The notes under the pieces: generated by a model
The model's input: only the letters and a program-made list of their open reading frames with translations
Databases searched by the model: none
What the model was told of the DNA's origin: nothing
Shown here: positions 1 through 11,939 of the stretch, piece by piece
How positions within the stretch are numbered: position 1 is the first letter of the stretch
How the letters are laid out: each line of letters starts with the position of its first letter
Translations under genes and position numbers: made by a program
Assembly (NCBI GenBank): GCA_937902275.1
Contig: CALFNW010000013.1
Span: forward strand, 5,782 to 69,781
DNA length: 64,000 nucleotides
Source of the DNA: an uncultured Clostridia bacterium
Lineage (GTDB): Bacteria > Bacillota > Clostridia > Oscillospirales > CAG-272
Direction of reading: 5' to 3'

Positions 1-659
1 TACTTGTTTCAACCGCGCTTATAACGGTGAATCTTGTGGCGACGGTTGCCGGAATGGGCGGAGACTTTGCCGGAAACGGCGCACTTTCGACCGTTGATCT
101 CGGACGGGGGATCCCGACAATAATCCGAGTGGCGCCGATCAATAAACTGCCTTCGGATTTTTACGGCTTCAATCTGCGTAAGCTGATCGCCTTTCTGGCG
201 GTTGCGCTCGTTTTCAAGTTTGCGCTCGATCTGTATTTGAAAACCCAAAGCGGGCTTTTGCTCCGCGCCGCGGGAAACAATTCGCAATATGTAATAATGC
301 TCGGAAAAGATCCCGGAAATTATAAGATCCTCGGTCTCGCCATCGGAAACGGCTTTGCCGGGGTCTGCGGCGCGCTTATCGCTCAGAGCCGCGGCAATGT
401 CAATCAGGGCATGGGTATCGGCATGGTAGTGATCGGACTCGCGTCGCTTATAATCGGACTTTCGCTCTTCGGCAGAATACGTGCGATAAAGCCGACTACC
501 GCCGTGATCTTCGGCTCGATAATATATGAAGCCTGCCTCGGTGCCGCGACCTTGATCGGCGTGCCTTCGGCATACAACAAGCTTATAATGGCGATGTTGT
601 TCACCGTCTCGCTTATATTGAGCGGAAAAATGAAAAAAGCGAAAGGAGCCCGTAACTGA
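1..659 (+). CDS. ABC transporter permease, C-terminal part (5' end lies outside the window)
   Basis: Frame 3 is open from the window edge to the TGA at 657-659. The product is a hydrophobic, Gly/Ile/Leu-rich polytopic protein. Its stop overlaps the ATG of the next ABC ATPase gene (TGATG). Confidence 0.7.
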   Translation, partial: LVSTALITVNLVATVAGMGGDFAGNGALSTVDLGRGIPTIIRVAPINKLPSDFYGFNLRKLIAFLAVALVFKFALDLYLKTQSGLLLRAAGNNSQYVIMLGKDPGNYKILGLAIGNGFAGVCGALIAQSRGNVNQGMGIGMVVIGLASLIIGLSLFGRIRAIKPTTAVIFGSIIYEACLGAATLIGVPSAYNKLIMAMLFTVSLILSGKMKKAKGARN

Positions 660-1432
660 TGCTCGAACTTTCAAAGCTTTGTCTCGATTTCAATGCCGGG
701 ACACCGGATGAAGTCAGACTTTTCAATGAATTCAACTTTAAGGTCGAAAGCGGTTCATTTGTATCGGTAGTCGGCTCAAACGGTTCAGGCAAAACCACTC
801 TGCTCAATCTGATCTGCGGTTCGCTCATGCCGAACTCCGGCAACCTGCTCTTCGACGGCAAAGATATTACGAGGCTTCCGGAATATAAGCGTGCGGCTTT
901 TATCGGCCGCGTGTATCAGGATCCGAAAATCGGAACCTGCCCCGAACTTACGGTGTACGAAAATATGGCACTTGCCGATAACAAAGGCAGACCCTACTCG
1001 CTTACTCCCGCAATAAGCCGCGAACGCTGTGCGCATTATGCGGAGCTTGTCAGCGAATGTCACATGGGACTTGAAAACCGTATGAATGTTAAAGTCGGCG
1101 CGCTGTCGGGCGGTCAGCGTCAGGCGCTCGCGCTCGTAATCGCCGGAATGACTGACATAAAGCTGCTTATCCTTGACGAACATACGGCAGCGCTCGACCC
1201 CAAAACGAGCGAAATCGTCATGGAACTGACCGACAGGCTCGTAAAAAGCAAAAACATCACCACGCTTATGGTAACTCACAATCTGCGCTTTGCACTTGAA
1301 TACGGCGACCGCTTGGTAATGATGCATGAGGGAAATATCGTGCTTGACAAAGCCGGAAGCGCCAAGCAAAAGCTGGTGCTCGACGATATTCTCGACATAT
1401 TCACTCAAATCAGCATAGAGTGCGGAAACTGA
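659..1432 (+). CDS. ABC transporter ATP-binding protein (uncharacterised-substrate importer type)
   Basis: Walker A GSNGSGKTT, signature LSGGQRQ and Walker B LLILDEHTAALD are present. The gene is translationally coupled to the upstream permease. Confidence 0.9.
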   Translation: MLELSKLCLDFNAGTPDEVRLFNEFNFKVESGSFVSVVGSNGSGKTTLLNLICGSLMPNSGNLLFDGKDITRLPEYKRAAFIGRVYQDPKIGTCPELTVYENMALADNKGRPYSLTPAISRERCAHYAELVSECHMGLENRMNVKVGALSGGQRQALALVIAGMTDIKLLILDEHTAALDPKTSEIVMELTDRLVKSKNITTLMVTHNLRFALEYGDRLVMMHEGNIVLDKAGSAKQKLVLDDILDIFTQISIECGN

Positions 1433-1454
1433 CCTAATATATTCTGTACCATAC

Positions 1455-1533
1455 TAAAAACAAAGGAGATCCCCGAACGCGCAAGGCGGTGTCGCTTAAG
1501 CGTTTCGGCGAATTTCCTTTGTTTTTTTGCAAA
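1455..1533 (+). terminator. Probable intrinsic terminator after the ABC importer
   Basis: A long imperfect hairpin (AACAAAGGAGAT...AATTTCCTTTGTT with a nested CCGAACGC/GCGTTTCGG helix) is followed by TTTTTTGC. Confidence 0.5.
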
Positions 1534-1583
1534 ATTGCATATAATAATGCACAGCGCGACACTATTTTTTATGTTTTTTCTGC

Positions 1584-1612
1584 TTGACTTCGCATATTTT
1601 AAGTTGTATAAT
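1584..1612 (+). promoter_or_regulatory. Sigma-A type promoter of the atp operon
   Basis: TTGACT (1584-1589), a 17-nt spacer, then TATAAT (1607-1612), about 35 nt upstream of the atpB start. Confidence 0.6.
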
Positions 1613-1646
1613 TTGGAGTATGTATATTTTAAAGGGGGGTGTGTTC

Positions 1647-2333
1647 ATGGAACGGATCGCAAACGAGCTGATGAATGAGCTCAACTGCGATGTGGCGTTT
1701 ACTATACCGATTTTCGGCGGCATTGACGTGCTCGAATCGGTAGTGATAACCTGGATAATCATGGCGGTACTCGTGCTACTTTCAATAATATTCGTGCGCA
1801 ATCTCAAGCTCGTGCCGACAAGCAAGGTTCAGGTCGCACTTGAAGCGGCGGTGGGCTTTTGCCGTGATTTTTTCAGAGACATTCTCGGTAAAGAGGGCGA
1901 CAGATATATACCGTTTCTGTCAACGGTGATGATATATATCGGATGCGCCAATCTGATCGGGCTTTTCTCGCTGAAACCGCCGACCAAGGATATAAACGTC
2001 ACGCTTGCGCTGTCACTTATCAGCATCATACTTATCGAGGGCTGCGGACTTGCCAAAAAGGGTCCGAGACGCTTTTTGAAAAGCTTTGCCGAACCGATAG
2101 CGGTAGTCGCACCGATCAACGTACTTGAGCTTGTGATCAAACCGCTTTCACTGTGTATGCGACTTTTCGGAAACGTGCTCGGCGCATTTGTTATCATGGA
2201 GTTGATAAAGCTCGTGGTTCCCGTAGCGGTACCGGTAGTATTTTCGCTCTATTTTGATATATTTGACGGTATAATTCAAACGTATGTTTTTGTTTTTCTG
2301 ACCTCATTGTTCATGAAAGAAAATCTCGAATAA
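1647..2333 (+). CDS. atpB: F0F1 ATP synthase subunit a
   Basis: Polytopic membrane protein with the subunit-a C-terminal motif (LSLCMRLFGNVLGAF). The ATG at 1647 is preceded by AAAGGGGGGTG. It is the first gene of an atpBEF-A-G-D-C order. Confidence 0.9.
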   Translation: MERIANELMNELNCDVAFTIPIFGGIDVLESVVITWIIMAVLVLLSIIFVRNLKLVPTSKVQVALEAAVGFCRDFFRDILGKEGDRYIPFLSTVMIYIGCANLIGLFSLKPPTKDINVTLALSLISIILIEGCGLAKKGPRRFLKSFAEPIAVVAPINVLELVIKPLSLCMRLFGNVLGAFVIMELIKLVVPVAVPVVFSLYFDIFDGIIQTYVFVFLTSLFMKENLE

Positions 2334-2401
2334 ACGCGGCGGTCGCAGTTATATCCGACCGCAGATAAGATTTGCGCCGCTATGCGGCAGGAGGTAAAAT
2401 C

Positions 2402-2626
2402 ATGTCAATCTATGTTGCTATCGGAGCGGCTATCGCCGTACTTACCGGCGCGGCTGCCGGAATCGGAATCGGTATTGCCACCGGAAAAGCGGTGGATGCC
2501 ATCGCCAGACAGCCGGAGGCTGACGGCAAGATAAGCAAAACGCTGCTGCTCGGCGCCGCGCTTGCCGAAGCGACCGCAATTTACGGCTTCGTTATCGCCG
2601 TACTTATCATCCTCTTCCTGAAATAA
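2402..2626 (+). CDS. atpE: F0F1 ATP synthase subunit c
   Basis: About 74-aa two-helix proteolipid with a Gly-rich helix 1 ([12 protein letters not shown]), an RQPE loop and the carboxylate in [10 protein letters not shown]. The SD AGGAGG lies 7 nt upstream of the ATG at 2402. Confidence 0.9.
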   Translation: MSIYVAIGAAIAVLTGAAAGIGIGIATGKAVDAIARQPEADGKISKTLLLGAALAEATAIYGFVIAVLIILFLK

Positions 2627-2726
2627 GCGCAGTTCTGCTTATATCGGGACGCGGCGCGAAACATAACCTGTAACTTGCTTCGCGCAATATAAACTGAGGA
2701 GCCGCCGTCGGCGGCATGGTGATACT

Positions 2727-3209
2727 ATGCTGAAAATTGATATATGGAATATCGTATTTGCGATCGCAAATATACTTATACTTTATGTGCTGTTGCGTAT
2801 ATTCCTCTGGAAGCCGGTGCTTGCAATAATGGATAAGCGCGAAAAGCTCATAAAAGAATCGCTTGATGAAGCGGAGCAAAAACGCGCCGATGCCGAAAAA
2901 CGCAAAGCCGAAGCCGAGCGCGAACTTTCACAAGCGAAGGCAACCGCAGAGGCAAAGGCTGCCGAAATATTAAACTCGGCGGACGCAAAAAAAGATTCTA
3001 TACTTGAGAGCGCGAAAAACGAAGCCGAAGCTATAGTAAGCGACGGCAGAGCGCGCGCAGAGCTTGAGAAAAAACAGATACTTGATTCCGCACGCGGCGA
3101 ACTTGTGGAGCTTGCCGCCGAAACAGCCGAAAAGCTTGCCGGCGTCAAAGCCGACCGCACCGATGCCGACGCGCTTTTTTCCGAAATAGTCGAAAAGGCA
3201 GGTAAATAA
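2727..3209 (+). CDS. atpF: F0F1 ATP synthase subunit b
   Basis: One N-terminal transmembrane helix followed by a long Ala/Glu/Lys-rich helix, in the operon position between atpE and atpA. Confidence 0.85.
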   Translation: MLKIDIWNIVFAIANILILYVLLRIFLWKPVLAIMDKREKLIKESLDEAEQKRADAEKRKAEAERELSQAKATAEAKAAEILNSADAKKDSILESAKNEAEAIVSDGRARAELEKKQILDSARGELVELAAETAEKLAGVKADRTDADALFSEIVEKAGK

Positions 3210-3211
3210 GT

Positions 3212-7311
<4,100 letters not shown>

Positions 7312-7387
7312 GCGCCGATCCACGACAGGTATATCACCCGGGTAAGGTCCGCTTTTCGGGATGGATCCCGAAAAAGCTGTCGGGCGT

Positions 7388-7469
7388 CAAGCCGTAATTT
7401 TACAGCGGAAGTTACCGTTATAAAATTACCGATTATTTTTGAGTCGGCTGCGCCGACATAAGCTACGAT
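7388..7469 (+). repeat. Leader or intergenic repeat family, copy D (3' module only), in the atpD-atpC spacer
   Basis: CAAGCCGTAATTTTACAGCGG...AAAATTACCGATTATTTTTGAG-GTCGGCtgcGCCGAC-ATAAG. It is closely similar to the 3' modules at 50193-50240 (minus strand) and 29631-29767. Confidence 0.6.
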
Positions 7470-7880
7470 ATGAACTTCCATCTCAAAATAACGGCAAGCG
7501 CACGTTCGTTCTTCGACGGCGAATGCGAAAGCCTTATAGTGCCCACCGAAGCCGGTATGTACGGCATTCTCGCAATGCACGAATCGGCAGTGATCGGAAT
7601 TACGGTAGGCGCAATGAAATACCGTCTGCCGGGAGAACGCGATCATACCACCGTTGTCGTCGGCGAGGGCTTTGCACGCGTGTCAAACAACACCGTGACC
7701 GTGCTCGTTGACAGCGTTGAGCTTCCGGAAGAAATTGACGCCAACCGCGCACGCGAAGCTAAAGCGCGTGCCCTTGAGCATATGCAACAGCGCAAAAGTC
7801 TGCATGAGTATTATCAGGGCAAGCTTGCGATGACGCGCGCCATGACCCGACTCAAGGTTAAAGAAGGCAAATACCTTTGA
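7470..7880 (+). CDS. atpC: F1 ATP synthase epsilon subunit
   Basis: 136 aa with an N-terminal beta-sandwich pattern (F.G....L.VP...G..GIL..H) and a C-terminal helical hairpin. It is the last gene of the operon. Confidence 0.85.
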   Translation: MNFHLKITASARSFFDGECESLIVPTEAGMYGILAMHESAVIGITVGAMKYRLPGERDHTTVVVGEGFARVSNNTVTVLVDSVELPEEIDANRAREAKARALEHMQQRKSLHEYYQGKLAMTRAMTRLKVKEGKYL

Positions 7881-7961
7881 TAATTGTTTTGCTTCCGAGC
7901 GCAGGACCGCGCCTGAAGCCGCATAACGCCCAAACGATGGTTTAAAGTCAAAAATAAGCCG

Positions 7962-8005
7962 GCTCCCCCTGTAATTTCGGTTGGCAGGGGGAGCTTCGCG
8001 TTTTG
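7962..8005 (+). terminator. Intrinsic terminator of the atp operon
   Basis: GCTCCCCCTG (7962-7971) pairs with CAGGGGGAGC (7985-7994), followed by a T-rich tail. Confidence 0.6.
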
Positions 8006-8159
8006 CCCGACGCTGCATACCGACAGCCGTGCGACCGACTTATCGCCGAAGTCGGCGTTCGTATTCATCGTATCGCCGTCAGAGTACCAAGCTCAACATA
8101 TGTCCGGGACGAAAAAACATCGTAAAATGTAAACAAATATGCAAATGTGACCAAAGCAC

Positions 8160-8188
8160 TTGAAATAACCCATCGGGTGTGATAATAT
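8160..8188 (+). promoter_or_regulatory. Sigma-A type promoter for the DUF1385 gene
   Basis: TTGAAA, a 17-nt spacer, then TAATAT, with TGTGA immediately upstream of the -10 element. Confidence 0.5.
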
Positions 8189-8216
8189 AAATGTAATGTT
8201 TCAAAAGCGGCGATCA

Positions 8217-8427
8217 GCGTGAAAGTGCGAACTACACAAAACGAAGTACCGTGTTTCGCGCCGAATTTTGCAAGCCGACACGAAGATCCACCCTTTTTCG
8301 GAGTCGCCGTGTGCGGCATGGAGCGCAATATCTTCGTCTTACCCAAGCTTCGCGCCCATAATTTTATCAGCGTTGCTGAATCGAAAATTTACGTTTATTT
8401 TTTTGAGCCGCCTACGGCGGCATGGAA
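8217..8427 (+). repeat. Leader repeat family, copy A (long form with an expanded middle module)
   Basis: Helix 1 is GCGTGAAA...TTTCGCGC, followed by CGAATTTTG, a long variable hairpin, then GAATCGAAAATTTACGTTTATTTTTTTGAG-GCCGCCtacGGCGGC-ATGGAA. The 3' 45 nt are nearly identical to 61995-62040 and 62137-62183. Confidence 0.65.
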
Positions 8428-9534
8428 CTGATTTTGAGCGAAAACAGATCAATTGAACATATCAAGACTTCGATCGGCGGTCAGGCGCTGATCGAAGGAA
8501 TAATGATGCGCGGCCCCAAAAAGGTCGCCATGGCGGTAAGAAGAATAGATTCGGGCGAAATGATCGTCAAAGATTGGGAAAACTCAGCAGGAAAAGCTCC
8601 GAAGATACTTAAACTTCCGATAATCCGCGGCATTTACAATTTTATATTTTCAATGAAGCTCGGCTATAAGTGCCTGATGGACTCGGCAGAGCTGTCCGGA
8701 ATGGATGAGCTTGAAGAAAACGAAAAAAAAGGCAAAAAGACCCGTTCCTCACCCGAAACCTCAGAAACATCTCAAGCTTCCGAAACGCCGAACAACGGCG
8801 GCAGCAACACCGACGTTACCAATGATGCCGAACCTCAAGCTTCACAGACGGACACGAACGCGCACGCAAACACGCGTCCCGCCGGGACCGAAAAGAAATC
8901 GGGAGGCGCGCTCTGGAATCTGCTGATGGCGGCAGCTTCGGTGCTCGGCGTGGTGCTTTCGCTGGTGCTTTTCATATACATTCCCTCCCTGCTGTTTTCC
9001 CTGCTCGCGAGCGCCGTTCCGTCGCTTGAAGGCAGATTCACACGCAGTCTGTTCGAGGGCGTGCTCAGGATCGTAATTTTCGTAATATATATGGCGCTTG
9101 TCGCACAGCTTAAGGATATAAGACGCACCTTTATGTATCACGGCGCCGAACATAAAACCATATTCTGCTACGAAGCCGGGCTTGAACTGACGGTCGAAAA
9201 CGTCAGGATACAACGTCGGTTCCATCCGCGCTGCGGCACCTCGTTTATGATACTCATGCTTATCGTCGGAATCTTTATATCAATGTTCATCACAGTCACA
9301 AATCCGATATTACGCACGCTGATCAAACTCTGTCTGCTTCCGATAACGGTTGGCGTAGGCTATGAGCTTATCAAATTCGCCGGCAGACACGACAATATCA
9401 TTACCAAGATCATCTCGGCTCCCGGCGTTTGGCTGCAGCACATTTCCGTGCTCGAGCCGGATGACGGAATGATCGAATGTGCGATCGAAGCAGTAAAACG
9501 CGTCATCCCCGACGACGGCAGCGACCGCTGGTGA
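8422..9534 (+). CDS. DUF1385 (YqhQ-like) membrane protein with a low-complexity insert
   Basis: IGGQALIEGIMMRG and YHGAEHKT motifs are present, with C-terminal transmembrane helices. An insert of about 70 aa rich in Ser/Thr/Glu/Asn lies at about 8700-8900. The start is ambiguous between the ATG at 8422 and the TTG at 8434. Confidence 0.75.
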   Translation: MELILSENRSIEHIKTSIGGQALIEGIMMRGPKKVAMAVRRIDSGEMIVKDWENSAGKAPKILKLPIIRGIYNFIFSMKLGYKCLMDSAELSGMDELEENEKKGKKTRSSPETSETSQASETPNNGGSNTDVTNDAEPQASQTDTNAHANTRPAGTEKKSGGALWNLLMAAASVLGVVLSLVLFIYIPSLLFSLLASAVPSLEGRFTRSLFEGVLRIVIFVIYMALVAQLKDIRRTFMYHGAEHKTIFCYEAGLELTVENVRIQRRFHPRCGTSFMILMLIVGIFISMFITVTNPILRTLIKLCLLPITVGVGYELIKFAGRHDNIITKIISAPGVWLQHISVLEPDDGMIECAIEAVKRVIPDDGSDRW

Positions 9535-9570
9535 TCATCTGCAGTTGCAACCGACTTTACCGATCAATTC

Positions 9571-9615
9571 AAAAACTCTCTGCGGGCGCACGGATACCGC
9601 AGAGAGTTTTTTTAA
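9571..9615 (+). terminator. Intrinsic terminator
   Basis: AAACTCTCTGCGG pairs with CCGCAGAGAGTTT, followed by TTTTT. Confidence 0.7.
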
Positions 9616-9682
9616 TAACATATATAGCCCCAAATTCCGAATAAATAATTTTGCGGATTTTTGTCATTTTTTCAAAAAGCTC

Positions 9683-9711
9683 TTGACAAAGCCGCACGGA
9701 CGTGGTATTAT
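9683..9711 (+). promoter_or_regulatory. Sigma-A type promoter of rplJL
   Basis: TTGACA (9683-9688), a 17-nt spacer, then TATTAT (9706-9711). Confidence 0.6.
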
Positions 9712-9717
9712 ATACAG

Positions 9718-9854
9718 GTATCCGAAGACAGCAGGTCACAGTAAAGCGAAAGCTTCCTGCCGAGGTAAAAACATGATCGCTTGATTCTGTCTTTTCCCCG
9801 GAGAATGTCTGTTCTCGGAGAAAAGATTTTTTATTTTAACCCGGAGGTGAAATT
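9718..9854 (+). promoter_or_regulatory. Probable L10 (rplJ) autoregulatory leader
   Basis: A structured leader of about 135 nt lies between the promoter and rplJ. It ends in a terminator-like hairpin CCGGAGAATGTCTGTTCTCGG plus a T-run, then the SD GGAGGTG. The position and layout are typical of Firmicute L10 leaders. No covariance model was run. Confidence 0.5.
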
Positions 9855-10370
9855 ATGCCCAGCTCAAAGGTTTTGGCTGCAAAGCAGCAGGCAGTTGCGG
9901 ATCTTACCGCTAAGCTTAAAGCTGCTGTTTCGGGTGTACTCGTTAATTACTCCGGTATCACCGTTGAGGATGATACCAAGCTCCGCGCAGCGCTCAGAAA
10001 CGCAGGCGTTGAGTACAAAGTAATGAAGAATACCCTCACAGGCAGGGCGTGCGAAGAAGCGGGATACGGCGAAATGAAGCAGCATCTCGAAGGCATGACC
10101 GCTCTTGCCGTTTCATGTGACGATCCGATCGCACCGGCGAAGATTCTTAAGGAATACGCTGATAAGATCGAGTCATTTGAAATCAAAGCAGGCTTTATCG
10201 ACGGCGGCGTCATCGACGTCAACGCGGTAATGGAGCTTGCAAACATTCCTTCCAAGGAAGTGCTCATCGGCAAAATGCTCGGAAGCTTGCAGTCCTCTCT
10301 TTACGGACTTGCTATCGCACTCAAAGCAGTTGTCGACAAGTCGGGTGAAGCGGTTCCGGCGGCTGAATAA
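9855..10370 (+). CDS. rplJ: 50S ribosomal protein L10
   Basis: The sequence pattern (Y.G.TV......LR..LR..G.EYKV.KNTL), a size of 171 aa, and its position upstream of rplL. Confidence 0.9.
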   Translation: MPSSKVLAAKQQAVADLTAKLKAAVSGVLVNYSGITVEDDTKLRAALRNAGVEYKVMKNTLTGRACEEAGYGEMKQHLEGMTALAVSCDDPIAPAKILKEYADKIESFEIKAGFIDGGVIDVNAVMELANIPSKEVLIGKMLGSLQSSLYGLAIALKAVVDKSGEAVPAAE

Positions 10371-10458
10371 GTCAAATACCGCAGGGGTGATTTTGCAAAG
10401 CCGCCCGCAAAAAGCGCTTTGCGCATAAACCAAACATAATTAACGGAGGAAAATAATC

Positions 10459-10833
10459 ATGGCAAACGAAAAGACCACTGCGATCCTTGAAGAAATCAAG
10501 GCTCTCACAATTCTTGAACTCGCAGACCTCGTAAAGGCAATCGAAGAGGAGTTCGGCGTATCCGCAGCTCCCGTAGCAGTAGCAGCAGGCGGAGCAGCTC
10601 CGGCAGCAGCCGCTGAAGAAAAGACCGAATTTGACGTAGTCCTCAAGTCTGCAGGCGCTAACAAGCTCGCAGTTATCAAGGTAGTTCGTGAGATCACCGG
10701 TCTCGGACTCAAGGACGCTAAGGACCTCGTTGAAGGTGCTCCCAAGACCATTAAGGAAGGCGCTTCCAAGGACGACGCTGAAAACATCAAGAAGCAGCTC
10801 GAAGAAGCCGGCGCTGAGGTTGAATGCAAATAA
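10459..10833 (+). CDS. rplL: 50S ribosomal protein L7/L12
   Basis: An N-terminal dimerisation helix, an Ala-rich hinge ([19 protein letters not shown]) and the C-terminal domain [28 protein letters not shown]. Confidence 0.95.
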   Translation: MANEKTTAILEEIKALTILELADLVKAIEEEFGVSAAPVAVAAGGAAPAAAAEEKTEFDVVLKSAGANKLAVIKVVREITGLGLKDAKDLVEGAPKTIKEGASKDDAENIKKQLEEAGAEVECK

Positions 10834-10854
10834 GTTTCGGTTTCCCCGAAGCAT

Positions 10855-10892
10855 AAAAATACCCGCGGGCAAGTGCCCGCGGGTATTTTTGC
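10855..10892. terminator. Bidirectional intrinsic terminator
   Basis: ATACCCGCGGGC aagt GCCCGCGGGTAT is flanked by an A-run and a T-run, between convergent genes. Confidence 0.8.
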
Positions 10893-10944
10893 GTTGTCCG
10901 GGCGCTCACGCTTCGCGTCTTTTGCGCCGTTGATTATATATAGT

Positions 10945-11709
10945 CTACCGACTTGCTTCCTGCGTTGTCGTCTCGGTCGATTCTGCCGCATCAGATTCGG
11001 CAATTGCCTCTCTTTGCTTTCCGCCGAGCACTGCAAAAAGGCGCGGGAAACGCGCGTCGAAAACGAAAAAATTATCAAGCAAACGTCCGAACAGTCCGAT
11101 AAGCGGCGAGTTGACAAATGCCGCGATCACAGTTCCCGCACCGACCCCGGCACGGAAGCCGCAAAGCAAGCCCGACAGGGCAAGCGACACCGCAAGCATT
11201 ATTATATCATTTACAAGCTTGACCTTTACCGTATCAAAGCCGAAGCCGTCCGAGATCTCAACCACTGCAAGCTCGTACACCTGAAGCGGTATATATGTAC
11301 GGAAATGGAACGCGATCGCAAGTGCGGTGAACACCGTGCCGAGCGCAAAAGCAATTATCCTCATGACCATGCTCTCATACGCACCGTTGCCGCCGAGCAG
11401 ATAAAGCCACATATCAATTGCAAATCCGCAGCAGATCGCCGTAAAAAACGAGAACAACCAACGCACCCTGAAGCGCCTTAAAATCAGTGTGAGCACGATC
11501 AGCAAGCTTCCCTGCCATACATACTCGGCAAAACCCTGAGTAAAAAACGGCAGATTGTCGATCAAAAAGCGGTGCAGTATGTACGGCGGCGCCGCAATGG
11601 TCGAAAGTCCGAAATTCGCCTTTGTGCAAAGACTCACACCAAGCGCGCACAGCAGTACGCCGATAAACCACGAAAGCTCTCCCATTTTTCCGATTCTTTT
11701 GTTTTTCAT
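10945..11709 (-). CDS. YczE/YitT-like (DUF6198-type) integral membrane protein
   Basis: Multi-pass membrane protein with a repeated half-domain layout. The ATG at 11709 is preceded by GGAGAATTTA. The ORF-track start at 11727 is a TTG without an SD. Confidence 0.55.
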   Translation of the reverse strand: MKNKRIGKMGELSWFIGVLLCALGVSLCTKANFGLSTIAAPPYILHRFLIDNLPFFTQGFAEYVWQGSLLIVLTLILRRFRVRWLFSFFTAICCGFAIDMWLYLLGGNGAYESMVMRIIAFALGTVFTALAIAFHFRTYIPLQVYELAVVEISDGFGFDTVKVKLVNDIIMLAVSLALSGLLCGFRAGVGAGTVIAAFVNSPLIGLFGRLLDNFFVFDARFPRLFAVLGGKQREAIAESDAAESTETTTQEASR

Positions 11710-11939
11710 TAAATTCTCCGTTTTCAAAAATCACAAATCGCTGCAAGGTGCACCTCTTTGACACCTCGCGGTCACATACACAATTATAACCTGTTCTCTT
11801 TATTAAGTCAACAGTATTTTGAACGTTTTTTTAACGACGTGTAAAATGACAGATCAGTTCTATTGACTTTATTTTTGATTAGTGATAAAATATACCACTG
11901 CGCTCAAACGCAAGAAATCACGAAAGGAGCACTCTTCAA

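Noticed and set aside
2402-2626. A Na+-translocating c subunit, suggested by the ET-type motif in AEATAIY.
   Set aside because: The full Na+ signature is not evident. It would need a Gln in helix 1 plus Glu-Ser/Thr-Thr in helix 2. Helix 1 reads [12 protein letters not shown] without the Gln, so ion specificity cannot be called from the sequence.
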